64,000 bases of DNA from Paraspadella gotoi (taxonomy: Eukaryota; Animalia; Chaetognatha). A program made the position numbers and the translations under genes. Below, in pieces: positions 22,553-64,000 of this stretch. Position 1 is the stretch's first letter. Each line of letters opens with the position of its first letter. The notes beneath the pieces were generated by a model. It was given only the letters and a program-made list of their open reading frames with translations, searched no databases and had not been told where the DNA came from. Location of the stretch: NCBI GenBank assembly GCA_051294375.1, contig CM119267.1, positions 24,501,783-24,565,782 on the forward strand, given 5' to 3'.

Positions 22553-24749
22553 TCTCGAACAAAAGAGCATCGATGATCGATCGATTCGGCGACGAAGGAT
22601 CGACGGATAGAAAAGAAAAATATCATCGTTTGAATATATAAGAATAATTAGTACTTTTCACTGTTCAGCGCTAAATTAAAACAATTATGGGAATCTACAT
22701 TTATATTTAATTTGATTGAACATAGTAATTTTAAAATCTACCTAAAGCTACTTACCAACATTGTATTATTACATAAATAAAACCGAAGTGCCCTCATATA
22801 ATTTTCTGTTTGTTTACATTATTTTTATTAACCCCTTTTTTCCTCGGTTATGACATACAAGCCCTCGATTGATTTGCTGTTTATTGCGATATACCACTAA
22901 GTCTTGTAATCTGTTTGATTATTTATATCATCACAAAAAAGGAAACCCCTTAATTTAATGATAATTAGGTTGACAAAATTAAAAAAGTTAGTTTGTGGTC
23001 ACGTGATGAGAAATTTAATTCGGACAGAAATCATCATCACGCGGAACGTAAATAGTCTAATTAACCAAATATAAATAACTTTATGCTGTAGAGAATGAAT
23101 CTTTCAGTCCTAAGGAGGTTGTATTATGTAATAAAACTTATTTGTAACCTCTAAAAAAACTATAATTGCCAACAAATTTACATCATTTCTATATCTTTAC
23201 ATGTATGTTTTCCATCATGGTACAAGAAAAACCCTCGGCTCAGCCACTTGGGGAGACGAAAAGCACAATACTGTAAAAAGTAGGGTTTAAGACGACGTGC
23301 GAACCACGGGCTTTCCCTTGCTAACCACCGATTTTACCAACATGTCAATAAGCTCTGCGTAAACAAATTGACGTTTTAATTGACATATTATGAAATACCA
23401 TAATTTAATCAATAACAAAAAACGTGGCTCAGGTCTGGGACTCTTTGATGGTACACCCGCTTTCCCTTTCCAATCCCACGCAACTTTTCTGTCGAACCGT
23501 TCATCCTGGAAAGCGTTAAGGCGCCCTCGCGGTTAATTGTTTCGACAGAGAATGTTGGAAACATCGCTGCGAACGATTCTTATCGATGAGCCGCCAGATG
23601 GAATCGGCGTCTCATCGACGTTTGGACGGCGGCGGATATCCTCCCGATGGTGGCGGAGGATTCCGGGGTGGGATTGGCAACCCTCCATGCCTGGCCACGC
23701 TCTCCCATGAAGGCTGGGATCACAGCAGGGAGCCAACTCCCGCCGAGGGGAGAATATCTCTTAAATGAGAGAGTCAATTTACGGACCGGCATAAACTCGT
23801 ACGGTGTAAAAGAATAAAATATAAAATGAAATCTAATATATTGACTATAATAAATTAATTTATCTCAATTGTACTGAATTGCTAAATTTCTTAATGAAAA
23901 AGTTTTCAGACGCGAGAGCTTTGAAATATCCTACTAAGTATCTTTTATATCTTATCAATTTGTCTAGCTCACTTTCATAATATCTAATTATTATCTATCT
24001 CTCCGTTATTATTATATGATTATTCAAACACGTTACAAATTTTCAATTTTGCACTATGATATATTTACAGCAAATTGAAATGATTAAAATATAATAATAT
24101 TGTTGTTGAAACGAATAGAAGTAATAAACCGGAAAAGTCAAATGTTTTTTTTATCATTAAATCGCGATAATGATTTGATTTTTGCACCAATGATAAAACA
24201 TAGCAATTAATAATTATTTTAATAAAGGTACAAAGCAGTGAAGGTTTTCTTTGTTTGTTTTTGTTTGCATTAATGATGGATATAATTCTACCGCAAAATT
24301 TGGTTTCGTACTTTTTGCGTCTCGTCTCAAACAATTTTTGTTTTGGTTGAAATCGCCTTTGTTGCGAGATGACTATGACTATGAACTATGAATTTATATG
24401 AACTTATTAAAAAAAAACTACGGAAGTAATAAATGTAACAAGAATGTAAAAAAAAATTATTAATATTTTTTAAACCTTGAATTGATATGCAAGAACGTTA
24501 TAGATCAGGAGAGCATCATATTGCATCGTGACGAGAGACAGCAACATGGTCGACCAGAATTAAACCTTGCAACAGTAACTGTTGCACCCTCATTTTGACA
24601 ACATTATCTGGAGGAACATGACCAGATTGTATAAAACTGACATTGACAATGACATTGACAATGACATTAACATTGATATATATTACTCAAAAAAGAAACA
24701 GAAAAAACATAACAAAACAAAACAAGAGACGTAAAAGAATCAATGGCAA

Positions 24750-56347
<31,598 letters not shown>

Positions 56348-56562
56348 TTATTCTTACCAACTTTCGTTTTTAAAATTTTTTTCTTATCTGTTCCCCTTTT
56401 TTAAACCCTTTCAACCCAACTTTGCTTTTCTTACTAACAAATTATAGACAAGTCGCTCGTTCATTAAACAAATGCTATCGTCAACATAAGTTAGCTTTAT
56501 ATGCTCCCGCCCACTTCTCTTCAAATCCTCCTTCTCCTCCTCCTCCTCCTCCTCCTCCTCGG

Positions 56563-58440
56563 TTTGGCAGCTCAAATTATTTGAACAAAGACGATGACGA
56601 CGACGAATACAACGATGAAGACAACAACGAAGTCTTTGTACTTTGTGACCCGTAGTATCGTAGTGGTCAATAAGAATGACCTGTTCTTACCCGAACATAA
56701 ATGACTTTGTTATGGCTGACCTTTTTCAGTCAATGTAAATACTAGTTGTTGTTGTTGTTGTTATTTTTATCGGTTTTGCTTTTTACTCTGTTTTTGATAA
56801 TACATGTTTTTTCTTTATCATGAAAAACAATTGGTATTGCTCGACGTTTCTTTTGGACATTCTTAACTATTGTGCAACCTTCTAGACATTTTTTCCTTGT
56901 TATCGTCGTTTTTAGTTTCATTTGTTTTCAAACGTATAATCAATCCAAAGATAGAGTACATCAGTCCACGCCCCCGCAACGATTCTGCGCCAAGCCTCTC
57001 ATTGTCATTGAGTCAGAGGTGGCGACCCATCACCCCGAGATTCGTCAAACCCTTGGCAGACATCTCTTTTCACCCAAATCCGCGCCGACAGTGATTCAAC
57101 CAACGCCCGCATCGACGAACTCAGAGGCCTTGTCCTCTCGTTGCAGTCAACTCTCGACGCCGCTCTGGCCGAGTTATCGAGACCTTCAGAGACGCGAACG
57201 GAAACCGAGATGCAGCAGCAGTTCTCAATATTCTTATTTTATCTGGACCCACGCATCTCTACAAAGACTTACTTTTCTTTCGCTAATGCTGCTAATCTGT
57301 TTAATATTCGTTTTGTATCAATTTTGTCTTTGTTGATTCATTTGAATAATTTTTGTACATTTTGTCACATGTATATTTATATACATAGAATACACTTTAT
57401 TTCATTTTTAAAACTTTTGTTTAATTTGTTTCGTCCTATAGCGATCTTAGTTAGTTGAAAGTTCAGATAAAGTTCATTACCAGATGGGCTTGATTTAATA
57501 AAAAAACGTGTTGGAATACTATTAAAGTGGGCTATAATTAAGTTAGCTTCTTTAAGCATATGAACATTTTTTTATGCTATGGTCAGCAAAAAAGTCCTAC
57601 TTGAATATGCAAATGTCAATAATCAGTACAAATAAAAAAAAATCAACGGGAATAGATCCAATGCAGTGACTCAAATGAGAATTTTGAGAAAAATTTGAGG
57701 CGTGTTTTTCATGTATTATCAAAAACAGAGTATAAAGCAAAAACGATAAAAATAACAACAAAACAACTAGTGTTTACATTGACTGAAAAAGGTCAGCCCT
57801 AACAAGGTCATTTATGTTCGGGTAAGAACAGGTCATTCTTATTGACCTCTACAATACTACGGGTCACAAAGTACAAAAGAATTTGTCGTCATCTTCGTCG
57901 TTGTATTCGTCTTCGTCATCGTCTTTGTTCAAATATTTGAGCTGCCAAATATCCCCCCCAAGCGCTGTTGTCGACTTGGCTGATGTCAGGGATGACAGGT
58001 CGTGCTCAAAATTCTTTGTCGATCGGCTCCAATGTTGCCAGGAGTGGTAGGCGCTTGCAGCGGCAACGCTGATGTCGCATCCGGCGCCAGACGCGGGTTG
58101 GGCGTAAGCTCGGGGTGATCCGCTGCGGCAGGAGACAAAGGTTGACGAGAAGAGTCGCTAAGGTATGATGGTGGAAGTCGTGGAGTTCCAAAGTAGGGAC
58201 GAGGCTGGCACTTGAAATCCTCACTCTCTTGCCTGCGTCTGAGGGCCCTGCTGCTGGCATCTCGGTTTCCGTTCGCGTCTCTGAAGGTCTCGATAAAACT
58301 CTGCCAGCGGCGTCGAGAGTTGACTGCAACGAGGAGGACCAAGGCCTTCTGAGTCGTCGATGCGGGGCGTTGTTGAATCACTGTCGGCAGCGGATTTGGG
58401 TTGAAAAGAGATGTCTGCCAGGGTTTGACGAATCTCGGGG
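56563..58440. mobile_element. Two opposed partial copies of a probable short non-autonomous LTR element
   Basis: Inverted pairs 56563-56806/57710-57949 and 57033-57218/58250-58440; on the minus copy a PPT-like gggggggata directly precedes the shared block. Confidence 0.45.
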
Positions 58441-58527
58441 NNNNNNNNNNNNNNNNNNNNNNNNNAATAAATATGATTAAACAGATTTAAGTCATGTTAT
58501 ATTTCCAAGTACTGCATTAACTCCTAT

Positions 58528-58931
58528 TTTTAGTCAGATCTGCTTTCAGCAGATCCCGACTCTATAATTCACTTGGCTGCTAGAGGAGGTTATAAAAGTT
58601 ACGGATAGTCATCTGCAGACCACTTAGCGCCTTATCCAATTAATTATCTAATTAATTAAACGATAAATTAATCAATCAATTTATTTAGTTATCTATTAAT
58701 TAATTATTTAATCAAGTCAATCGTTATTGGTATTATTGTCGTCATCGCCATCATCGTCGTCGTTGCTTTTGTCGTGGTCAGTGATAAAAAGACCTAAAAA
58801 TAAAGATTTCGGATCAAATTAATTAATTTATTAATAAAATTATTGTTTTAGTTTATATAGTTTGTATTACTTAATTAATTAATTACCGCTAATGATCGTC
58901 GGCAGATCCGACATTGTTTGCTCAAACTTTT
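58528..58931 (+). mobile_element. Short HINE family A copy
   Basis: Same termini as 4556-7306. Confidence 0.65.
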
Positions 58932-59290
58932 TTAAACTCCAATTTATGTTTGGGATAACATACAATAAAATCACCAAGAAATTCAACAATTGTTTAAACG
59001 TAATCCAGCATGTCATTCATTAGTTTTGAAAACACATTCATTGGTTTTAGTTTGTCATCGCGTTCAAATAAAAATCTTCGAAGCTTAATTTCACATCTTT
59101 TTTTCCATATTTTTCGGCCTGAGGGATTTTAATATGTGAGAGGGGATCCCTTACAGGGCAAAATGACGGCGTTTTGGTTCTGCATTTTTTCTCCAGCGTC
59201 CACTGCGAGCCATTGCAACAATTTTTACTAAACAAAACCATAGAAAGTAACAAAAAATAAACAGGTTCAAGTCTTGAACCCTAAAGTTCC

Positions 59291-59502
59291 TGTTATGGTG
59301 GACTAAAATCCACCATCCGTTCATCAGCGGCCATTGGTGCCGGAGGCAAGTCATTCGCCTCCCAACCCAAAGGTCCGAGGTTCTAGCCCGGTGGTCGCCT
59401 GTCAGTTAAGAGGGACGGGGCGCTTAACCCGCCTGTAACATGGTGTTACAGCCTGATCCGAAGCTCAGGGACTGCTTACATTGAGCGGTTCTGTCACTAA
59501 CA
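59291..59502 (+). mobile_element. LTR-like solo element, family 3 (tRNA-Gly-like head plus twister-like motif)
   Basis: TGTTA...TAACA termini (no TSD seen); ~150 nt homologous to the family-1 LTR; cattggtg...attcgcctccca...ggttc..cccgg resembles tRNA-Gly(CCC). Confidence 0.6.
59403..59474 (+). ncRNA. Candidate circularly permuted (type-P5-like) twister ribozyme, most intact copy
   Basis: P5 CAGU/ACUG; P2' G(A)GG; GA; T1' CGG; P1 G-U closed by GCGC; UAA; P2 CCC; T2 GC; P3 CUGUAAC/GUUACAG; P4 CCUGA/UCAGG with loop U-CCG-AA-GC. Confidence 0.65.
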
Positions 59503-59562
59503 CATAAAAATAATTAGTGTCTCTTCACTGTTCAGTAATCAATCATAGGTAAAGATAGCCAA

Positions 59563-61139
59563 TCAGTCTTTACGAACAAACAGAGCATAGAAAATAATCT
59601 CATAACAAATGAGACAATGGGAAATCTCGCCATGGTGAATTAAATTTAAATAACAAAAATTGCACATGCCGTGCCCGCAGAGAGGGAGATGGCCATACAC
59701 GTTGTCGCAGAAGGGCATCTAACATCTTAGACGCGCAATCATTTGCTCTGCAGTCAGAGACGATACTTCCAGGTCCACCATGTTGCCTCGCATTTCGTTT
59801 AATACTAATCCGTCGATTAGTAAATACACGTCGTTAAGGAATAACTGTAAAATTATAAAACAAATAGCAACCGATTATGAAAGTAAAGGTTATAGGATCA
59901 AAACCCCAACATGGTCATTTTTTTATTCTTACAATTCGCTTTTCCTGGCTCTTTGACCTCGGAAGAGGTAAAGCCGTGGCTCTGAGATGGCCTAGGGCGG
60001 CGCCTGCATCGTTGAGGGCGGCGTTGGAGTCGGCATCGTGATGGAGGGGGGCCGCGCCTGGATTGTTGGGGGCGGCAACGAGGGCGGCGTCATGTTTGGG
60101 GGGATGGACGGGGGGATCAATGAGATCGACCAGAGCGCCATCGGCGTCAGCTGGGTCAATTGCAGCAATACCCAGAACTGGGTGTTCCTCCAAAAACAAA
60201 AATGACAGGTCCATTTTGCCTTCTTCCATCGGCGAAGGTGACGGATTGAGGTAACCGGAAGGCGCGGATCTTCAGCACTAACTTTTGATTTGGCTTTACG
60301 GTTCCCGCGTTCAATTTTTCTTCATTTTATTCCTTCTACTTCAGAATTGCCAATCTCTTGCTTTTGGAAAGGTGTCTGGTCTTTTTCTTCTTTTTGTCCG
60401 TACCTGAATCGCTTAACAGCTTCCTATAAATAAATTTACATTTCAATATTAAAATTTTCATAAAGTATTAAAAAAAATTAACTTACTTCATTGTCATTTC
60501 TTTCCAGTGGTCGCTTGGATCTTGCTTGATTAATATGTAACTTATCAAGAATTCTTGGAAAATTAATTTCGTCAAATAGCGAATCCTGGAGATGCCTATT
60601 GCGTATTATATCCGCCCACCAACAGTATTGCGTATTGCGTATTGCGTATTAGTGGGTTATTCATTTACAATTCAATTCAGTAAATTACTTGGTTACTTTA
60701 TGCATTGCGTAAACTACCATTTTCAGAGACAAGTGCCAAGCCTTAGAAGCATTAAATCCATATTTTATATATATATATATTCTGCCGGTACCATTGATGG
60801 CTTATGAAATGAAATACCATCAGGCCAAAAGGAAGAGACATCGCTGGAATAAAGGTACCGAGAATCCTGAACTTTTAATAAAATTTGCATTGCGTGAGAA
60901 ATGTAAGACCGCAGGGGGACAAGAGCTATTTTAACCAATGATGATGGTAAAGGGGGCAAAACTTTCAAATTCAGAATCTTCAAGAAGAATTACTGCCTCA
61001 AGTTGAACGCCAGATTTCCGCGCCTTTTCTTTTAATTGTGGAAGTAGAAAATCCTTCTTTTTTTTTAAACTCGGACAATGAAACCGCAGACGTGAAAACT
61101 CCAAATTGTTTTTCGCTTTTCACAAAGTTAATCCGCCAT
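59563..61139 (-). pseudogene. Decayed spliced gene ending in a C3HC4-like RING finger
   Basis: Last exon 59563-59844 translates ...RLRC*MPFCDNVYGHLPLCGHGMCNFCYLNLIHHGEISHCLICYE...; upstream GT-AG-bounded segments (~59909-60423, 60488-60586, ~60690-60741, ~60794-61139) contain stops and frameshifts. Confidence 0.5.
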
Positions 61140-61453
61140 GATAAACTCCGACTTTTGTAGCGGTAAAACTTTTGCCATCTCGAAAAAAAAAAAATTCAAA
61201 AATATTAGAGACTACTCATTAATATACTCATATACTCATGAACACATTGAACCGAAATGAAAAAAAAATTCCTCCAGATTTCAAGGTCGATTTATCTTTG
61301 ACTTTTTTTTTCTTCTTCACGAAAATTGATTGTGAAAATCGGAGCCCAAGGATTCTAATCTGAGAAGCTTTTCTGCAGTCTCAATCAGAATTCATTATTT
61401 CAAATTTTCTACGATTAACCTACAGAAAGAAGTACGTGTAAGATTCATATTAC

Positions 61454-62441
61454 TGTAGCGGTAGTATTTCATACCCTGCTACTCGTCCCAGAATCAGCAG
61501 CACCTATAGCGCCAGAGGTAGCACAAGCTCCTCCCAACCCAAAGGTCTCGGGTTCGTGCCCTGCTGATTCACACAAGTAAAAGTGGGATGGGGCGTCTAA
61601 ACCACCTGTAGTGACGGACTGCAGCCTGATCCGAAGTTCGGGACCTTGTGTGCAACGGATGGTGAACTGCTCGCGACATTGTCTTCCACATTGGTGAGCC
61701 CACACGAACACCCTGGTACGTTAATACACCTCTGCTCTTGACCATCGTGTGTGAAGATGGGAGCAAGAATAGGCAGCCCCTCCTAGAGTGCTCGGGCACA
61801 ATGTGTGCATCATAGCCATCACACTTGCGTGGGAGTGTGATGCCTAGAGGGGATGTGTAGTGGTAGTATTTCATACCCTGCTACTCGTCCAAAAATCAGC
61901 AGCACTTATGGCGCCGGAGGTAGCACGAGCTTCTCCCAACCCAAAAGGACTCGGGTTCGCGCCCTGCTGATTCACACAAGTAAAAGCGGGACGGGGCGTC
62001 TAACCCACCTGAAGTGACGAACTACAGCCCGATCCAAAGTTCGGGACCTTGTGTGCAATGGATGGTGAACTGCTCGCGGCATCGTCTTCCACATTAGTGA
62101 GCCCACACAAACATGTTAGTTCACCTCTGCCCTCGACTTCATGTGTGCAGACGGGAGCCGGAATAGGCAGCCCCTCCTAGAGTGCTCGAGCACAACTCGT
62201 GCATCATAGCCATCAAACTTGCGCGGGTGTGTGATGCCTAAGGGGGGGATGTGTCGCAGTAGTATTTCATACCCTGCTACTCTGCCGCAGGTAGCACGAG
62301 CTCCTCCCAACCCAAAGGACTCGGGTTCGCGCCCTGCTGATTCACACAAGTAAAAGCGGGATGGGGCGTCTATCCCACCTGAAGGGACAAACTACCTTGT
62401 GTGCAACGCACGGTGAACTGCTCGCGGCATCGTCTTCCACA
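61454..62441 (+). mobile_element. Tandem TRIM / retrozyme-like mini LTR retrotransposon: LTR1 61454-61690, LTR2 61856-62093, LTR3 62252-62441 (internally deleted), two ~160-bp internal domains
   Basis: LTRs TGTAG...CCACA; PBS-like TGGTGAGCCCA 1 nt after LTR1; PPTs agagggga / aaggggggga before LTR2 and LTR3; no coding capacity. Confidence 0.8.
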
Positions 62442-62904
62442 TACAAAATTTTTAAATTTTTTCAATTTAAATCATAGCAAAGAGAGTTATCACCATTAAA
62501 AATAATCTTTAAATCTTAGTATTTCGCTTAATTTTAAAACCAAAAAATCTAAATTTTATATGTTACCTAAAATTTGTTGCATGTTTTAAAATCAAATTTT
62601 TAGCAACAATTTTTAGTTACACAATACATTTTCGACAATTTGTACCTCAGTAAATATGAGGCATCTTTTTTCGCCCTCATGCAACTCGCAAACACTCGCA
62701 CCTTGCAACGAATTAATCAAAAGAAAAAGCGAAAAAAAATTCAAGTTGATTTGGTATTCAGATCAAGTTTTTGAGCCAATGCCTCTTTCAGTATAGACTC
62801 TGTCTCTCTCTTATCTTTATCTTTTTTTCTTTTTTCTTTCACTCTCTCTCTCTTTCTATCTTTATTTTTCTTTCTTTAGGTCTTTCTTCCCTTTTTTATT
62901 CTTT

Positions 62905-62967
<63 letters not shown>

Positions 62968-63217
62968 GTTGGCGCATATTTGGGCCGAATTCGAGTCGTC
63001 AAAATCCGTTATTCCATCGGAGGAGGAATAAGTGAGAAAAGTGAAGGAGCAGGAAGAGGAGAAGGAAAGAAAGATAGACAAGATAAACATGGCGATAGAT
63101 AAGAAAGATGAAAGAAAGATAAAGGAAAAGCTGTAATTTACTAAAATATAGATTTCAATCGTCCGTTTTTTTATTCTTGTGATTTTTCATAACTTTTAGA
63201 AAAAGTAAATCGCTCTT

Positions 63218-63452
63218 TGTGGAAGACAATGCCACGAGCAGTTCACCATCCGTTGCACACAAGATCCCGAACTTCGGATCGGGCTGTAGTCCGTCACTAC
63301 TGGTGGGTTAGAAGACCCGTCGCGCTCTCTTGTGTGAATCAGCAGGGCACGAACCAGAGACCTTTGGGTTAAGAGGAGCTCGTGCTAGCTCCGGAGCCAT
63401 AGGTGCTGCTGATTCCTGGACGAGTAACGGGGAATGAAATACTACCGCTTCA
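63218..63452 (-). mobile_element. Solo LTR of family 1
   Basis: Full-length reverse complement of 61454-61690; flanks tctt/tctc. Confidence 0.8.
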
Positions 63453-63509
63453 TCTCTCCCTTAACTCTGTCTCCCTGAGTCATTTCTCTTTCACTCATCA
63501 CTTTAGTGA

Positions 63510-63582
63510 TGTCAATTATTGAAACGATTCCTTTTTGTTACAAAGCTGCGCCCGTCAATCAGGTGCTTAAAGCTCTCTATCT

Positions 63583-63613
<31 letters not shown>

Positions 63614-63783
63614 CCTTTCTGTCTCTTTAGACACACGAGAACCTGTTAAATTATTTCCAGACATCCCAATCTGATGCCGAGAAATCGTCCCACGAAGTCT
63701 CGTGGTCCAATTTATGTGTCATAACTGACTATTTCTAGTAATGTCAATTTTCAAAACGATTCCCGTCAATCAGGTGCTTAACG

Positions 63784-63847
<64 letters not shown>

Positions 63848-63955
63848 AGACACACAAGAACCTGTTAAATTATTTCCAGACATCCCAATCTGATTCCGAT
63901 AAATAGACCCACGAAGTCTCGTGGTCCAATTTATGCGTCATAACCGACTATTTCA
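63510..63955. repeat. Two-copy tandem repeat (~220 bp) with internal (TC)n
   Basis: caatcaggtgcttaa...(tc)n tttagacacac...cacgaagtctcgtggtccaatttatg occurs twice. Confidence 0.75.
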
Positions 63956-64000
63956 AAGGTGACATTTCGAACTCAACGTTACATTCCAACGCACGTTGTC

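Larger units (their letters stand above)
14121..24320. repeat. 5.1-kb direct tandem duplication (14121-19193 vs 19195-24320)
   Basis: Near-identical colinear copies differing mainly by 1-nt indels. Confidence 0.92.

Noticed and set aside
59327-59400. Functional tRNA-Gly gene or ordinary tRNA-SINE
   Set aside because: The anticodon stem does not pair; related heads sit inside TG...CA-bounded units with PBS and PPT, so treated as an LTR module

Overview
Repeat-rich, AT-rich animal (invertebrate-like) genomic DNA from an error-prone, gap-filled assembly (N gaps, frequent 1-nt indels, (GA)n tracts; most ORFs in the track are spurious). I reconstructed three intron-containing genes by hand: a LicD/fukutin-family type II membrane protein (minus, 3280-8933), an SLC41/MgtE-type Mg2+ transporter (plus, 10238-17439; 3' half tandemly duplicated to 22552) and a TRPC4/5/TRP-gamma-like channel (minus, ~24750-56115; first coding exon not found). 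The window also holds two noisy 5S rRNA copies, a decayed RING-finger gene, a LINE RT fragment, Helentron-type HINEs and MITEs. Main discovery: three divergent families of short TG...CA LTRs each contain a tRNA-like Pol III A/B-box module followed by a circularly permuted (type-P5-like) twister-ribozyme-like motif whose pairings co-vary across families. One family forms an LTR-int-LTR-int-LTR mini-retrotransposon with PBS and PPT (61454-62441), i.e. a candidate twister retrozyme. Second theme: minisatellites built from splice junctions, notably ~54 copies of a 65-bp TRPC acceptor+exon-start unit. All calls are by eye; no searches or folding programs were run.
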